From assembly GCA_041500865.1 (NCBI GenBank), contig JBGQMY010000015.1, forward strand, positions 1 through 30,335: 30,335 nucleotides of DNA, written 5' to 3'. Every line of letters begins with the position of its first letter. The stretch's first letter is position 1. The notes below the pieces were generated by a model, which had not been told where the DNA came from, did no database searches, and saw only the letters and a list, made by a program, of their open reading frames with translations. The DNA is from Candidatus Micrarchaeia archaeon (GTDB taxonomy: Archaea; Micrarchaeota; Micrarchaeia; Anstonellales; J096). A program made the translations under genes and the position numbers. Below are positions 1-8,372 of this stretch, piece after piece.

Positions 1-273
1 AAGCACGACGATTACTCCGCACGTGATTCCGCCAATAAGCAGGCTCGTCGCCCATCCATGGAACCTCGCCCTCTGGTCAGCCGATGCCATCTGCCCCGCG
101 GCGTAGACTATCGCTGCAAGCAGGAACGCAACCAACATGAGCGCCGGCATAATCGCGCAGAAGAATATTCTGATATCGTCAAGCGCAGTTCCAATCTGTG
201 TCGGCTGCGTCTGTGCAAACGCAAATCCCATTCCAAGCAGCACTATTGCAATCATGGCATACTTCTTATTCAT
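1..273 (-). CDS. Partial (3' end outside window) small membrane protein, TrbC/VirB2 pilin-like
   Basis: Not in the ORF track. Manual translation from ATG 273 gives MNKKYAMIAIVLLGMGFAFAQTQPTQIGTALDDIRIFFCAIMPALMLVAFLLAAIVYAAGQMASADQRARFHGWATSLLIGGITCGVIVVL, with no stop. It has a signal peptide ending AFA|Q and two hydrophobic helices separated by a short basic loop. Upstream are a GGTTGA RBS-like sequence and a TTTTAAAA box at ~308-315. Confidence 0.6.
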   Translation of the reverse strand, partial: MNKKYAMIAIVLLGMGFAFAQTQPTQIGTALDDIRIFFCAIMPALMLVAFLLAAIVYAAGQMASADQRARFHGWATSLLIGGITCGVIVVL

Positions 274-340
274 TTTTATCAACCTTGAGCAATAACTAAA
301 TGTAACCTTTTAAAAGCTTTTTGCCTGCCCGACGGAACAA

Positions 341-2110
341 TCATCCCAAATCCAGGTCTTCGGCGCTTATCCTTCCGCCGTATTCCCTCATCAGCTTTTT
401 TGCGTCCCCGCCATATTTTTTGAGCAGCATGTCCAGCTTCTCCCCGCTTATCCTTCCTGTCGCTTCAAGGGCTTCCTTTCCCGCCTTGCCTGAGCAGACC
501 ATCCTGATATACTCGTAAATGCCTTTCTTTGTCAGCTTATCGCCCTTGAAAAGCAACAAGGCGTCCTCTGCGGCCTCTTCCGTGACCTCAACCTTCTCCC
601 TGGACAATCTCGTCCAGGTGTCCTCCAGCGTTGATGCAGCGACAGACGCGTCAACGCCCTGCTCCATTAGCGACTCGAACAGCTGCAGCTGCCTGCTCCT
701 TATCATCTTGCCTGCCAGGTCAAGGTTCAGTATGCCGTTCAGCCATTCCAGCGCCTTTTCATATGTTTTTGACGCAATCTCGTCCGCTTCTTTCTCCATC
801 ACTTTGTCAAACGCTATCGCAGGTATGTCCGTTTCCGGATACATCCTTGCGCTTGTGGCTATGGGCCTCATGTATGACGTTGCCCCGGATGGAAGCGCCT
901 GCCTCGTCTCCTTTGGGACATAATCAACAAGCGCCCTTTCTTTCACGTGTTTCAATGCCTTGAGCGTGGTCTCCATGCTGCCGACAATAATTACAAGGCC
1001 GTCCTCGGGCTTCATCCCAAGCTCGTTTGAAATCTCATTCATGAAGTTGGCATTTATCCCGTACTTTGCCAAATCCTCGTCAGAGTGCATTATCCCTTTC
1101 ACGCCTGCCTGCTTCGCGTAGTCCGAAAGCTCTGAGCCGTACCTCCTTTCAGGCCCTGTCTCCGTCCCAAGCACGCCCTTGTGGTGCGGCATCACCAATG
1201 CGACCGCCCTGTCGCCCCTGTCCAGCGCCGATTTTGCAAACCCTTCCGAAGCGTATTTTTTCAATATTTCTGTGACATCGGCAGGCTCGCGCCTTTTCAG
1301 CTGCTCATACGCCTTCTTCGCCTTCAGTTTTTTGATGATTTCAATCAACGACGTTTGCCGTTTTGCCTCGTTCTCTACCCATTTGGGCAGCATCCAGAGC
1401 TCCTGCGCGCCCTTTATCTCAACCCTGCTTCCGCCCCCTATGCTGACGTTAAGGTCCTGCCTTACTGTCCCTATGCCCCTTTCAGCAACGCCGGCTATCC
1501 TCATGGCAAGGCCTATCTTTTCCGCCACTTCGGCGCAGTGCCCTTCGTCCTTTATGTCCGGGGCCGTGGTTATCTCTATGAGCGGTATGCCGAGCCTGTC
1601 AAGCGAGTATATCCTTTTTTCATTCGTGTCGTTTGCTATGCCCGCGCTTTCCTCCTCCAGGCAAAGCGTCTCTATCCCGACCTTGCCTTTTGACGTTTCA
1701 ATTGAGCCGCCAAGGCCGAGCAGCATCGTCCTTTGGAAGCCTGCCGTGTTGCTGCCGTCTATCACTATCTTCCTCATCACTATCGGCTGGTCCACGATTT
1801 TCATTTTCAGCTGTTTGGCAATGCCGAGAGCATAGGTCAGCGCTTTCCTGTTTATCCTGTGCGGCGGCTCCTCGTCAGCGTCAACCAGGCAGCAGGAGCC
1901 GTCGTAGTAGTTGTATCCGACGCTCTTCCCCTTCTCTGCCTCCCTGCTTGCGGCTATGTCAATCTTCCCAAGCTCCGAAAGCGAAAGGTGGAACTCGCGC
2001 GTCATCCTCCTTTGCGGATTTCCTTTCGCGTATGCGTGCGGGCATGAGCAGAACAGCTTCCCTGTGTTGAGCCTTTGGTGGACCTCTATGCCTATCCTGA
2101 GACCTTCCAT
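341..2110 (-). CDS. gatE: Glutamyl-tRNA(Gln) amidotransferase subunit E
   Basis: GIEVHQRL..KLFCSCP, RKIVIDGSNTAGFQRT, LDRLGIPLIEITT, RGIGTVRQDLNVSI and ARMYPETDIP motifs, plus the AspRS-like insert (GIMHSDE). Confidence 0.95.
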   Translation of the reverse strand: MEGLRIGIEVHQRLNTGKLFCSCPHAYAKGNPQRRMTREFHLSLSELGKIDIAASREAEKGKSVGYNYYDGSCCLVDADEEPPHRINRKALTYALGIAKQLKMKIVDQPIVMRKIVIDGSNTAGFQRTMLLGLGGSIETSKGKVGIETLCLEEESAGIANDTNEKRIYSLDRLGIPLIEITTAPDIKDEGHCAEVAEKIGLAMRIAGVAERGIGTVRQDLNVSIGGGSRVEIKGAQELWMLPKWVENEAKRQTSLIEIIKKLKAKKAYEQLKRREPADVTEILKKYASEGFAKSALDRGDRAVALVMPHHKGVLGTETGPERRYGSELSDYAKQAGVKGIMHSDEDLAKYGINANFMNEISNELGMKPEDGLVIIVGSMETTLKALKHVKERALVDYVPKETRQALPSGATSYMRPIATSARMYPETDIPAIAFDKVMEKEADEIASKTYEKALEWLNGILNLDLAGKMIRSRQLQLFESLMEQGVDASVAASTLEDTWTRLSREKVEVTEEAAEDALLLFKGDKLTKKGIYEYIRMVCSGKAGKEALEATGRISGEKLDMLLKKYGGDAKKLMREYGGRISAEDLDLG

Positions 2111-2178
2111 GGATTAGAATTTGCTATCAAGGATTAAAAGCCTTGCCTTATCCTGGCATTTTATATTGCCAGCCGGCA

Positions 2179-2643
2179 TCAGCCGCCAACGCACTCGCCG
2201 AAGGATTTCAGGAACCTGTTTTCAGTTTCGTTCACAAGCCATCTCATCAGGTGGAGGAACTGCATGGTTTTGACGTACCCGTGGTGCGCGGCTTGGCCAA
2301 CGACTGTCCCGCCATAGCTGTTCTGTGCGACAAGCAGCTCCTTTACGTCCCTGCCTGCCTTTGCATATTCCCGTATAAGCAGCGCGCAGGTCTGTATGCG
2401 CCCCCGGCATGCGGCCCGGTGAAGGGCTGTCATGCCTTCGTTGTCCTTTGCGGCGATATCCGCGCCTGCCTTGACGAGCCGCAATATCTCCGAATCTTTT
2501 TCACTGCTTGCTGCAGCAGCCAAAAGTTTAGTGTTTAGCTGCCTCTGCTCCTCTGCGGGCAACGCCGGCCTCTCGCTTGGGAGTATGTCCGCTTTGAGTT
2601 TTTGCGGTTCTTTTGTATCCCTTTGGAGCTGCCTTTCCTGCAT
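2179..2643 (-). CDS. Ankyrin repeat protein (paralogue 1)
   Basis: GADIAAKDNEGMTALHRAA..G ankyrin consensus. Start moved to ATG 2643, ~24 nt downstream of a TTTATAA box. Ends RFLKSFGECVGG. Confidence 0.85.
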   Translation of the reverse strand: MQERQLQRDTKEPQKLKADILPSERPALPAEEQRQLNTKLLAAAASSEKDSEILRLVKAGADIAAKDNEGMTALHRAACRGRIQTCALLIREYAKAGRDVKELLVAQNSYGGTVVGQAAHHGYVKTMQFLHLMRWLVNETENRFLKSFGECVGG

Positions 2644-2698
2644 GGTTTTGCTATGCGGCAAACAGATTATAAATTAAGTGGCAACGCACATGCGCCGC

Positions 2699-2926
2699 TT
2701 ACCTCAGCAAAACGTCCTTGACCCTTATTTCGCCTTTTGGTGAAACGGCAAGGGACAAGGAAATGCCGAGCTGGCTGAAATACCCTCTCAGCTTCGCGAC
2801 AGGATAGCCTTCAGGGACCTCCATCCTCACCTTTTTTACGGAAGTGATTGGCGCCTTCTCCCTTATGGCGCTTATTATCCTGTTGAAGACAAGGAAAGCC
2901 TTTTCGTCCCCTCCGCCATTCGCCAT
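2699..2926 (-). CDS. Small hypothetical protein (weak HypA-like pattern, lacking metal ligands)
   Basis: 75-aa ORF from ATG 2926. The track start at 2956 abuts the TATA element. Pattern: helix, VKKVRMEV, then a terminal GEIRVKDVLL strand. Confidence 0.55.
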   Translation of the reverse strand: MANGGGDEKAFLVFNRIISAIREKAPITSVKKVRMEVPEGYPVAKLRGYFSQLGISLSLAVSPKGEIRVKDVLLR

Positions 2927-2957
2927 AAGACGCACTTCATTGCATAAGCCAGGCATC

Positions 2958-2970
2958 TATTTTAATAAGT
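2958..2970. promoter_or_regulatory. Putative shared/bidirectional TATA element between divergent genes
   Basis: TATTTTAATAAG in the 64-nt gap between ATG 2926(-) and ATG 2991(+), ~25 nt upstream of 2991. Confidence 0.5.
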
Positions 2971-2990
2971 TTCGCAATCATGGAAACGCC

Positions 2991-3674
2991 ATGGAGAAAT
3001 CTTATCTATTCCTCAAGGACAAGGTTTCGACCGGCCTTTACGATTTGGACGTGATAATGGAAGGCGGGTACCAGAAGGGCTCGTCCGTTGCCGTCATAGG
3101 GCCGCAGGGCTTTGAAAAGAGCTTGCTTGGCATGCACCTGATGTCGTCGCAGCCCGCAACCAACAACTACGTCGCGATTGACTTTTCTCCGGATGACGCG
3201 GAGAGGAAGGCCGGCGACCTGGGGATAAGCCTAAACGTGTCCAAGTACATAGACATGTATTCCGTGCAGGCCGGCGTTGAGCCCAATAGGAACAGGGACG
3301 TCGTGATAGACGGCGTTACGGCGCTTAACGACCTGTCGCTTGAGATAAGCAGGCTGCTCAACGCCAAGGACCCGTCAAAGGCGATGAACTTCTACTTTCA
3401 CTCGTTTTCGTCCATGCTGCTTGCGAACCAATTCGATTCGCTGTTCAAGTTCTACCAGGTCATTTCCGGAAGGATAAAGAACTCGGACGGCATAATGATG
3501 ATGCTTTTTGAGGAGGGCCTGCACGAGAAGACCCAGCTCAACACGTTCCTCAGGGCTATTGACGTGACGGCCGAGATGAAGGAAATGTCAAAAGGCAAAT
3601 GGGAGATGTCAATATCAACGTTAGACACGCCCGTGTATTTCAGGACGTCAACCGAAGGGATGGAGATACTGTAG
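2991..3674 (+). CDS. KaiC/RAD55-like RecA-fold protein with degenerate Walker motifs
   Basis: VSTGLYDLDVIMEGGYQKGSSVAVIGPQGFEKS N-terminal KaiC/RAD55 signature. Start corrected to ATG 2991 because the longer track ORF overlaps the opposite-strand gene. Confidence 0.8.
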   Translation: MEKSYLFLKDKVSTGLYDLDVIMEGGYQKGSSVAVIGPQGFEKSLLGMHLMSSQPATNNYVAIDFSPDDAERKAGDLGISLNVSKYIDMYSVQAGVEPNRNRDVVIDGVTALNDLSLEISRLLNAKDPSKAMNFYFHSFSSMLLANQFDSLFKFYQVISGRIKNSDGIMMMLFEEGLHEKTQLNTFLRAIDVTAEMKEMSKGKWEMSISTLDTPVYFRTSTEGMEIL

Positions 3675-3683
3675 GTGCTTGCG

Positions 3684-3974
3684 ATGTATGAGGAACTGGA
3701 GAAGATGGGGATTCCGTTCTGCGTAATAAAGAGGAACGGCGAGGTCATCCAGTACAGCAAGATGGACGACCCGGAGATAATAAGGAACGTGGTGAGGCTT
3801 TACAACACGTCGCATTTCATCCACGAGTCGCTGAAGGACGCGCCGGGGGCGATGTCAATAGCGTTCAACGGAAAGGGCATACTGATTTTCCCAAAAGGCG
3901 ACGTCATCCAGTTCGCAATAGCGTCAAGCCAGCAGGAAGCCGGCATCGTGTCAAAGGCCTTCGGGGGCAATTGA
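3684..3974 (+). CDS. Small protein, probable roadblock/LC7 (MglB-like) fold
   Basis: 96 aa with the order helix, FCVIKRNGEVI hairpin, helix, three strands (MSIAF, GILIFP, VIQFAIA), helix. A GGTG RBS precedes ATG 3684. Confidence 0.55.
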   Translation: MYEELEKMGIPFCVIKRNGEVIQYSKMDDPEIIRNVVRLYNTSHFIHESLKDAPGAMSIAFNGKGILIFPKGDVIQFAIASSQQEAGIVSKAFGGN

Positions 3975-3975
3975 G

Positions 3976-5580
3976 ATGCCGGAGACATTCACAGGGGAGG
4001 AAATGGAGCTGCTCTACCCCTTTGTCAGCAACATGGACAAGGACGTGTTCGCGCTGAAAAACCTTCCAGAGGTCGTGAAAGGCGCGCTGTTCTCCCGCTA
4101 CAGCCGCTCGTCAAAGTCGCTAAGGAGGCTGCTGCTGGACGAGTTCATAAGGAACGAGGACATCGGATTCCGCGAAATAGTGAAAAGCGGCGCTGCGATG
4201 GGATTCGAGAAGGCGATAGCCGTTGAGAAGGCCGAGGAGTTCTACGACAGGGTCCTTGTGGGCTTCGGCGACGACAGCGTGGGCGAGCTTGCGTTCGCGC
4301 ACATCGCGCTTGAGAACATATCCAACATGGCATCCAAGGCCGTTGAGGACCCGAGGATAGGGATTTCGCCGCTTGAGAAAAGCACAAGGTACGTGTTCTT
4401 TGACAAGAAGGTTGACGGGGAATACCTGTTCTACAAGGACAAGAGGATAATGGAGCATTTTTCAGACGATTTCACGGACGTTATGAATCTGCTGTTTGAC
4501 ACCTATGCCTCGCTCGTTGAAAAGATGAAGGCTTACGTGATTGAAAAGTACCCGAAGCAGGGCGACGCCAGCGACAGGGCCTATGATTCCGCCGTCAGGG
4601 CAAAGACATGCGACATAATAAGGGGCCTGCTTCCTGCCGCGACGCTGACCAATGTTGGGCTGGCCGGCAACGGCAGGGCCTTTGAAAGCCTGCTCGTCAA
4701 GATGAGGGCGCATCCGCTTTCCGAAATGAATGTCCTTGCCTCGGAGATGCACGGGGAGCTTTCAACGTCAATAAAGCCGTTCGTGAAAAGGGTTTATGGC
4801 CAGCACGGCGACGAGTGGGCGGATTACATCAAGGCCTCGTCGTCCTATCTTAAGGCATCACTTCCATACTCTGCAAAGGGCGGCAGCGTCGTTCCTGTAA
4901 GGATGGTTTCGCATTACGGAAACATAAATGACGTTATTGCGCTGCTCATATTTGAAAGCAGCGACATCGGCATGGAGGAAGCGAAAAAAATCGTATTGGC
5001 GATGCCTGGGCAGAAGAAGGCCGAGCTGATGTCCGGATATTTCGCGCTGAGGAAGAACAGGAGGCAGAAGCCTTCCCGCGCGTTTGAATCGGTCAACTAC
5101 GTATTTGAGATAATGGGGAATTACGGCATATTCAGGGACCTGCAGAGGCACAGGATTTTGACGCAGATGAAGCAGGACGTCTCAACGCGGCTGGGCTTTG
5201 ACATGCCGGACGAGATAAGCGAGGCCGGCTTTGCCGACTTGTGGAAGGACGCCATGTACAAATCCGCGGAAGTTTACGAAAAGGTTTGCGCGAAGCTGCC
5301 AAAGGAGGCGTCATACTGCGTGCCGTTCGCATACCGCATAAGATGGGTTTTCGGCCTCAACCTCAGGGAGGCCTTCCATTTCATTGAGTTAAGGAGCGGG
5401 GAGCAGGGCCATCCGGATTACAGGAAGGTCGCAATAGAGATGCAAAGGCAGATTTCCGAGGTTGACCCTGTCATAGGCCAGATGAAATTTTTGAACACAA
5501 ACAAGATAGGCCTTGAAAGGATGAATTCCGAAAAGAGGATTGACGAGAAGCTTGATGCGATACGGAAAAGGTACGGTTAA
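3976..5580 (+). CDS. thyX: FAD-dependent thymidylate synthase (two-domain Thy1 type)
   Basis: LFSRYSRS, GFGDDSVGEL, SPLEKSTRYV, FRDLQRHR, NLREAFHFIELRS..QGHPDYR motifs. Confidence 0.9.
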   Translation: MPETFTGEEMELLYPFVSNMDKDVFALKNLPEVVKGALFSRYSRSSKSLRRLLLDEFIRNEDIGFREIVKSGAAMGFEKAIAVEKAEEFYDRVLVGFGDDSVGELAFAHIALENISNMASKAVEDPRIGISPLEKSTRYVFFDKKVDGEYLFYKDKRIMEHFSDDFTDVMNLLFDTYASLVEKMKAYVIEKYPKQGDASDRAYDSAVRAKTCDIIRGLLPAATLTNVGLAGNGRAFESLLVKMRAHPLSEMNVLASEMHGELSTSIKPFVKRVYGQHGDEWADYIKASSSYLKASLPYSAKGGSVVPVRMVSHYGNINDVIALLIFESSDIGMEEAKKIVLAMPGQKKAELMSGYFALRKNRRQKPSRAFESVNYVFEIMGNYGIFRDLQRHRILTQMKQDVSTRLGFDMPDEISEAGFADLWKDAMYKSAEVYEKVCAKLPKEASYCVPFAYRIRWVFGLNLREAFHFIELRSGEQGHPDYRKVAIEMQRQISEVDPVIGQMKFLNTNKIGLERMNSEKRIDEKLDAIRKRYG

Positions 5581-5581
5581 G

Positions 5582-5824
5582 TCATTTTTCCTTCTTGACA
5601 AAATCCATGAACGTCTTGCCGTTCGGGAATACCTTGTGCGTCTTTGAGAATATGGGCGTCTTCTCCTTGTTTGCCGCCTTTATCAGCTCCTTCTGCGGGA
5701 AGTCAAAGGCCCTCGCGTCCATGAACTCGTAATCGCCGAATGGAGTCTTCTCGGTCTCAAGCTTGAGGCCGTGCTTCTGGAGCACGCCGCCGCTCTCAAT
5801 CTGGACATATACGATTTTTCCCAT
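5582..5824 (-). CDS. Hypothetical protein (~80 aa)
   Basis: ORF converging on thyX. The likely start is ATG 5824, ~25 nt downstream of a TTATAAA box. The track start at 5869 is an alternative. Confidence 0.65.
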   Translation of the reverse strand: MGKIVYVQIESGGVLQKHGLKLETEKTPFGDYEFMDARAFDFPQKELIKAANKEKTPIFSKTHKVFPNGKTFMDFVKKEK

Positions 5825-5899
5825 TGAAGGGTTTTTCGGAATAAGGTTTATAAGCCTTTTCTTGACCATTTTTAAACACTTTTGAACAACCTCTAAACC

Positions 5900-6454
5900 A
5901 TGCAGGAGCGCAAGGCGGAAAAAATTGATGCGGTACGGCAGAAGCCGCCGATTCCCAGGGGCATCCTAAGGAGGTGGCTGGAACAGGACGGCGCGCCGGA
6001 ACAGCCGTGGCTCAACCAAAGGCTCATTGGGGCCGCAAAGGAAGGGAGTGAAAGGATACTTTTGCATTTCCTGAAAAAGGGCGCAGACGTGAACGCAAAG
6101 GATGATGTAGGCAGGGCCGCGCTCACGTATGCAGCATGGCACAACCACACCCAATTTTGTTCAATATTGATTGAAAAAGGCGCGGATGTCAATTTAGCGG
6201 ATAATATTGGCATGACGCCCCTCATGTATGCCGCACGGGAAGGATATACTGACGTATGCATGCTGTTGGTTGAAAAAGGCGCAGATTTAAATCAAAAAGA
6301 CGAGCTCTTCCCGAAAAGGACTTCTTTTATGTGGGCCAGATTAATGGAAAGGAAGGAAACGGCCGCATTCCTGATTTTGGTGGTGCTGATAGGCAAGGAC
6401 AACACTAAATCATTTGAATCTGATTTCAGGGAGTGCATCTCAGGGGGCGTCTGA
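5900..6454 (+). CDS. Ankyrin repeat protein (paralogue 2)
   Basis: GADVNAKDDVGRAAL and GADVNLADNIGMTPLMYAA repeats. TTTTTAAA lies ~24 nt upstream. Ends SFESDFRECISGGV. Confidence 0.92.
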   Translation: MQERKAEKIDAVRQKPPIPRGILRRWLEQDGAPEQPWLNQRLIGAAKEGSERILLHFLKKGADVNAKDDVGRAALTYAAWHNHTQFCSILIEKGADVNLADNIGMTPLMYAAREGYTDVCMLLVEKGADLNQKDELFPKRTSFMWARLMERKETAAFLILVVLIGKDNTKSFESDFRECISGGV

Positions 6455-7255
6455 ATGGTTCAGAAAAGGCTGGAAAAAGGCAAAGCTCCTCATATTAACC
6501 CAGTGCCAAGGCTGCCCGAAGCGCTGGCTGAGGAAAGGCCGCGGCTGACTGGGGAAATACGGGGGCAACTCAATATCGAACTGACACAGGCTGCGGCACA
6601 GGGTAGGATTGCTGACGTGAAAAGACTGATTGGAGCCGGAGCGGGTGTGAATGTATTTATTGATAATGGAACTCCGCTCATGTGGGCTGCGCGTAATGGC
6701 AGCACCGCAATCTGCGGCCTGCTGATTAGCAAAGGCGCAAACATTGACGCACTGGACACTGTAAACGGCTGGACAGCATTGAGGCTGGCTGCAAAGAACG
6801 GGCACACCGAAACCTGCGCCTTTTTGCTTGACTGCGGCGCAAATTTTGAAGTAAAAGATGAACCATCCTGGGTCAATGGCTGGACTCCGCTCATGTATGC
6901 TGCAGGTTATGGGCACACCGAAACCTGCGCCCTGCTTATAGAGAGGTATGCAGAAGCAGGCGGAGACGCAAGCTGCTTCGTGAATGAAACAAGCGCAAAA
7001 GTCAATGGCTGCAGCACGGCACTCCACCTTGCCACATTGGACGGGCACACCAAAACCTGCGCCCTGCTTGTCGCAAAGGGCGCGAATGTGAACGCAAAGG
7101 ATTTTGCAGGCAGGACCGCGCTCAAGTGTGCCGAGCAGGGAAACAAATATAAGACTGTCGCATTCCTAAAATCCATGGAATCAATGCAAGAGAGAATGGG
7201 CGGGGCGTCATATAATCTGTTCATCTCAGCATTTGAGGAATGCGTCGCCGCGTAG
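6455..7255 (+). CDS. Ankyrin repeat protein (paralogue 3)
   Basis: About six ankyrin repeats (GTPLMWAA, GWTALRLAA, GWTPLMYAA, STALHLA, GRTAL). Directly abuts the previous stop codon. Ends LFISAFEECVAA. Confidence 0.92.
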   Translation: MVQKRLEKGKAPHINPVPRLPEALAEERPRLTGEIRGQLNIELTQAAAQGRIADVKRLIGAGAGVNVFIDNGTPLMWAARNGSTAICGLLISKGANIDALDTVNGWTALRLAAKNGHTETCAFLLDCGANFEVKDEPSWVNGWTPLMYAAGYGHTETCALLIERYAEAGGDASCFVNETSAKVNGCSTALHLATLDGHTKTCALLVAKGANVNAKDFAGRTALKCAEQGNKYKTVAFLKSMESMQERMGGASYNLFISAFEECVAA

Positions 7256-7265
7256 TTCCGGAGCG

Positions 7266-7949
7266 TCAATCCGCTTTCCCAGGGGCCTTTTCTTCCGTTG
7301 CTTTTCCGACTTCGGCCCTTATCTCTTCGTTTATTTCCACCATTGCCATTATCAGGGCAACGTTTTCCTCAACTATGTTGGAGAGCACCGCATCCCTTTT
7401 TTCCATCACCTTTTTGCGGAAGGACTCGCTGCCGACAATCCTGGCAAGCAGCTCAACCGCGACAGTTGGATTCACGTCGCCGGCCCTGTCAGCGCCGGGC
7501 CTGCTCGGGTTCCGCGCGGAGACCTGTTCATACAGGTCTTTATCCTTGAGGTTATCCTTGCCTTTCAGCGCAGTTATCCTGCAGACTATCCCGACCGCCT
7601 CTTTCCTATAGTCGTCGGTGTGTATGACGACTGCGTTCTTCTTGTCATCCGAATAAAGCATGAGCCTCCTTTTCTCGGGAAGATCGTGTGCAACGACTTG
7701 GCCCAGGGTCCTGGTGAGCGCAAGGCACGTCATGCAAAGCTCTTCGTTTCCGACGTTCCATGCCCTTGCCCTGAGCGCCTCAAAGTCCCTATTTGCGACC
7801 TCGTGGATGGACGTTACCGCCGTTTTCAGCTCAATGAGCCTTGCCACCTTCTCCGCGCCATCCTTGAATCTTTCCAGCATCCGCCTGTTTGTCCCTTCGG
7901 GCAGCCTGGCTGCGATGACCCTTATCTTGTTCTCGCGTTCAGTTCCCAT
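7266..7949 (-). CDS. Hypothetical charged, largely helical protein (~227 aa)
   Basis: Start MGTERENK at ATG 7949 with a TTATATAC box ~24 nt upstream. The 5' extension in the track overlaps the intergenic region and UPF0147 and is unlikely. Confidence 0.7.
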   Translation of the reverse strand: MGTERENKIRVIAARLPEGTNRRMLERFKDGAEKVARLIELKTAVTSIHEVANRDFEALRARAWNVGNEELCMTCLALTRTLGQVVAHDLPEKRRLMLYSDDKKNAVVIHTDDYRKEAVGIVCRITALKGKDNLKDKDLYEQVSARNPSRPGADRAGDVNPTVAVELLARIVGSESFRKKVMEKRDAVLSNIVEENVALIMAMVEINEEIRAEVGKATEEKAPGKAD

Positions 7950-7999
7950 CCAATCATCTTGGATGCTTTGTGTATATAACTGTTTTAAAATGTATTCCC

Positions 8000-8045
8000 A
8001 AAAGCCCTTGGGGAAAAAGAAAGCATTTTTGGGGCTCTGCGGGCC
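8000..8045. repeat. Dispersed intergenic element, related to 17807-17852
   Basis: AAAAGCCCTTGGGGAAAAAGAAAGCATTTTTGGGGCTCTGCGGGCC compared with AAAAAGCTCCTTGGGGAAAGAAAAAAGCTTTTTTGGCGCTGCGGCC. Confidence 0.6.
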
Positions 8046-8123
8046 AAAACGGTTAAGTTTAAAATACCTAGTCCGGAATAGCAAGTTGAAATCTCTCCGT
8101 ATCCGGAGTGCAGGTGGTTTGTT

Positions 8124-8372
8124 ATGCAGGCTAACGATATCATAAAGATGATGGACGACTTTTGCGCCGACAGCTCCGTTCCGAAGAACGTGAGGCTGGC
8201 CGTCGAGGAGGCAAGGAAGCGCATGAGGGACAACTCGCTTGAGCTGACCCTCCGCGTATCTGATTCCATATACAGGATAGAGAAGGTCACCGAAGACCCC
8301 AATCTTCAGCCCCATGCAAGGATGGGGCTCTGGAACGTCCTTTCTGCGCTTGAGTCCGTAAAAAAGAAATGA
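8124..8372 (+). CDS. UPF0147 family protein
   Basis: DSSVPKNVR and EDPNLQPHARMGLWNVLSALES motifs, AGGTGG RBS, first gene of the PolD operon. Confidence 0.85.
   Translation: MQANDIIKMMDDFCADSSVPKNVRLAVEEARKRMRDNSLELTLRVSDSIYRIEKVTEDPNLQPHARMGLWNVLSALESVKKK

Noticed and set aside
2179..2193. C-terminal GG of ankyrin paralogue 1 as a ubiquitin/SAMP-like conjugation end
   Set aside because: There is no beta-grasp domain, and the paralogues end GGV and AA, so the GG is not conserved.
8061..8092. AATAGCAAGTTGAAAT and CTAGTCCG resemble pieces of the Cas9 tracrRNA scaffold or a CRISPR repeat end
   Set aside because: The pieces are in the wrong order, single copy, with no array or cas gene in the window. 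The segment lies just downstream of the PolD operon TATA box, so chance similarity is most likely.
7950..8315. 5' extension of the 349-aa minus-strand ORF
   Set aside because: It runs antisense through UPF0147 and promoter DNA. The TATA position supports ATG 7949.
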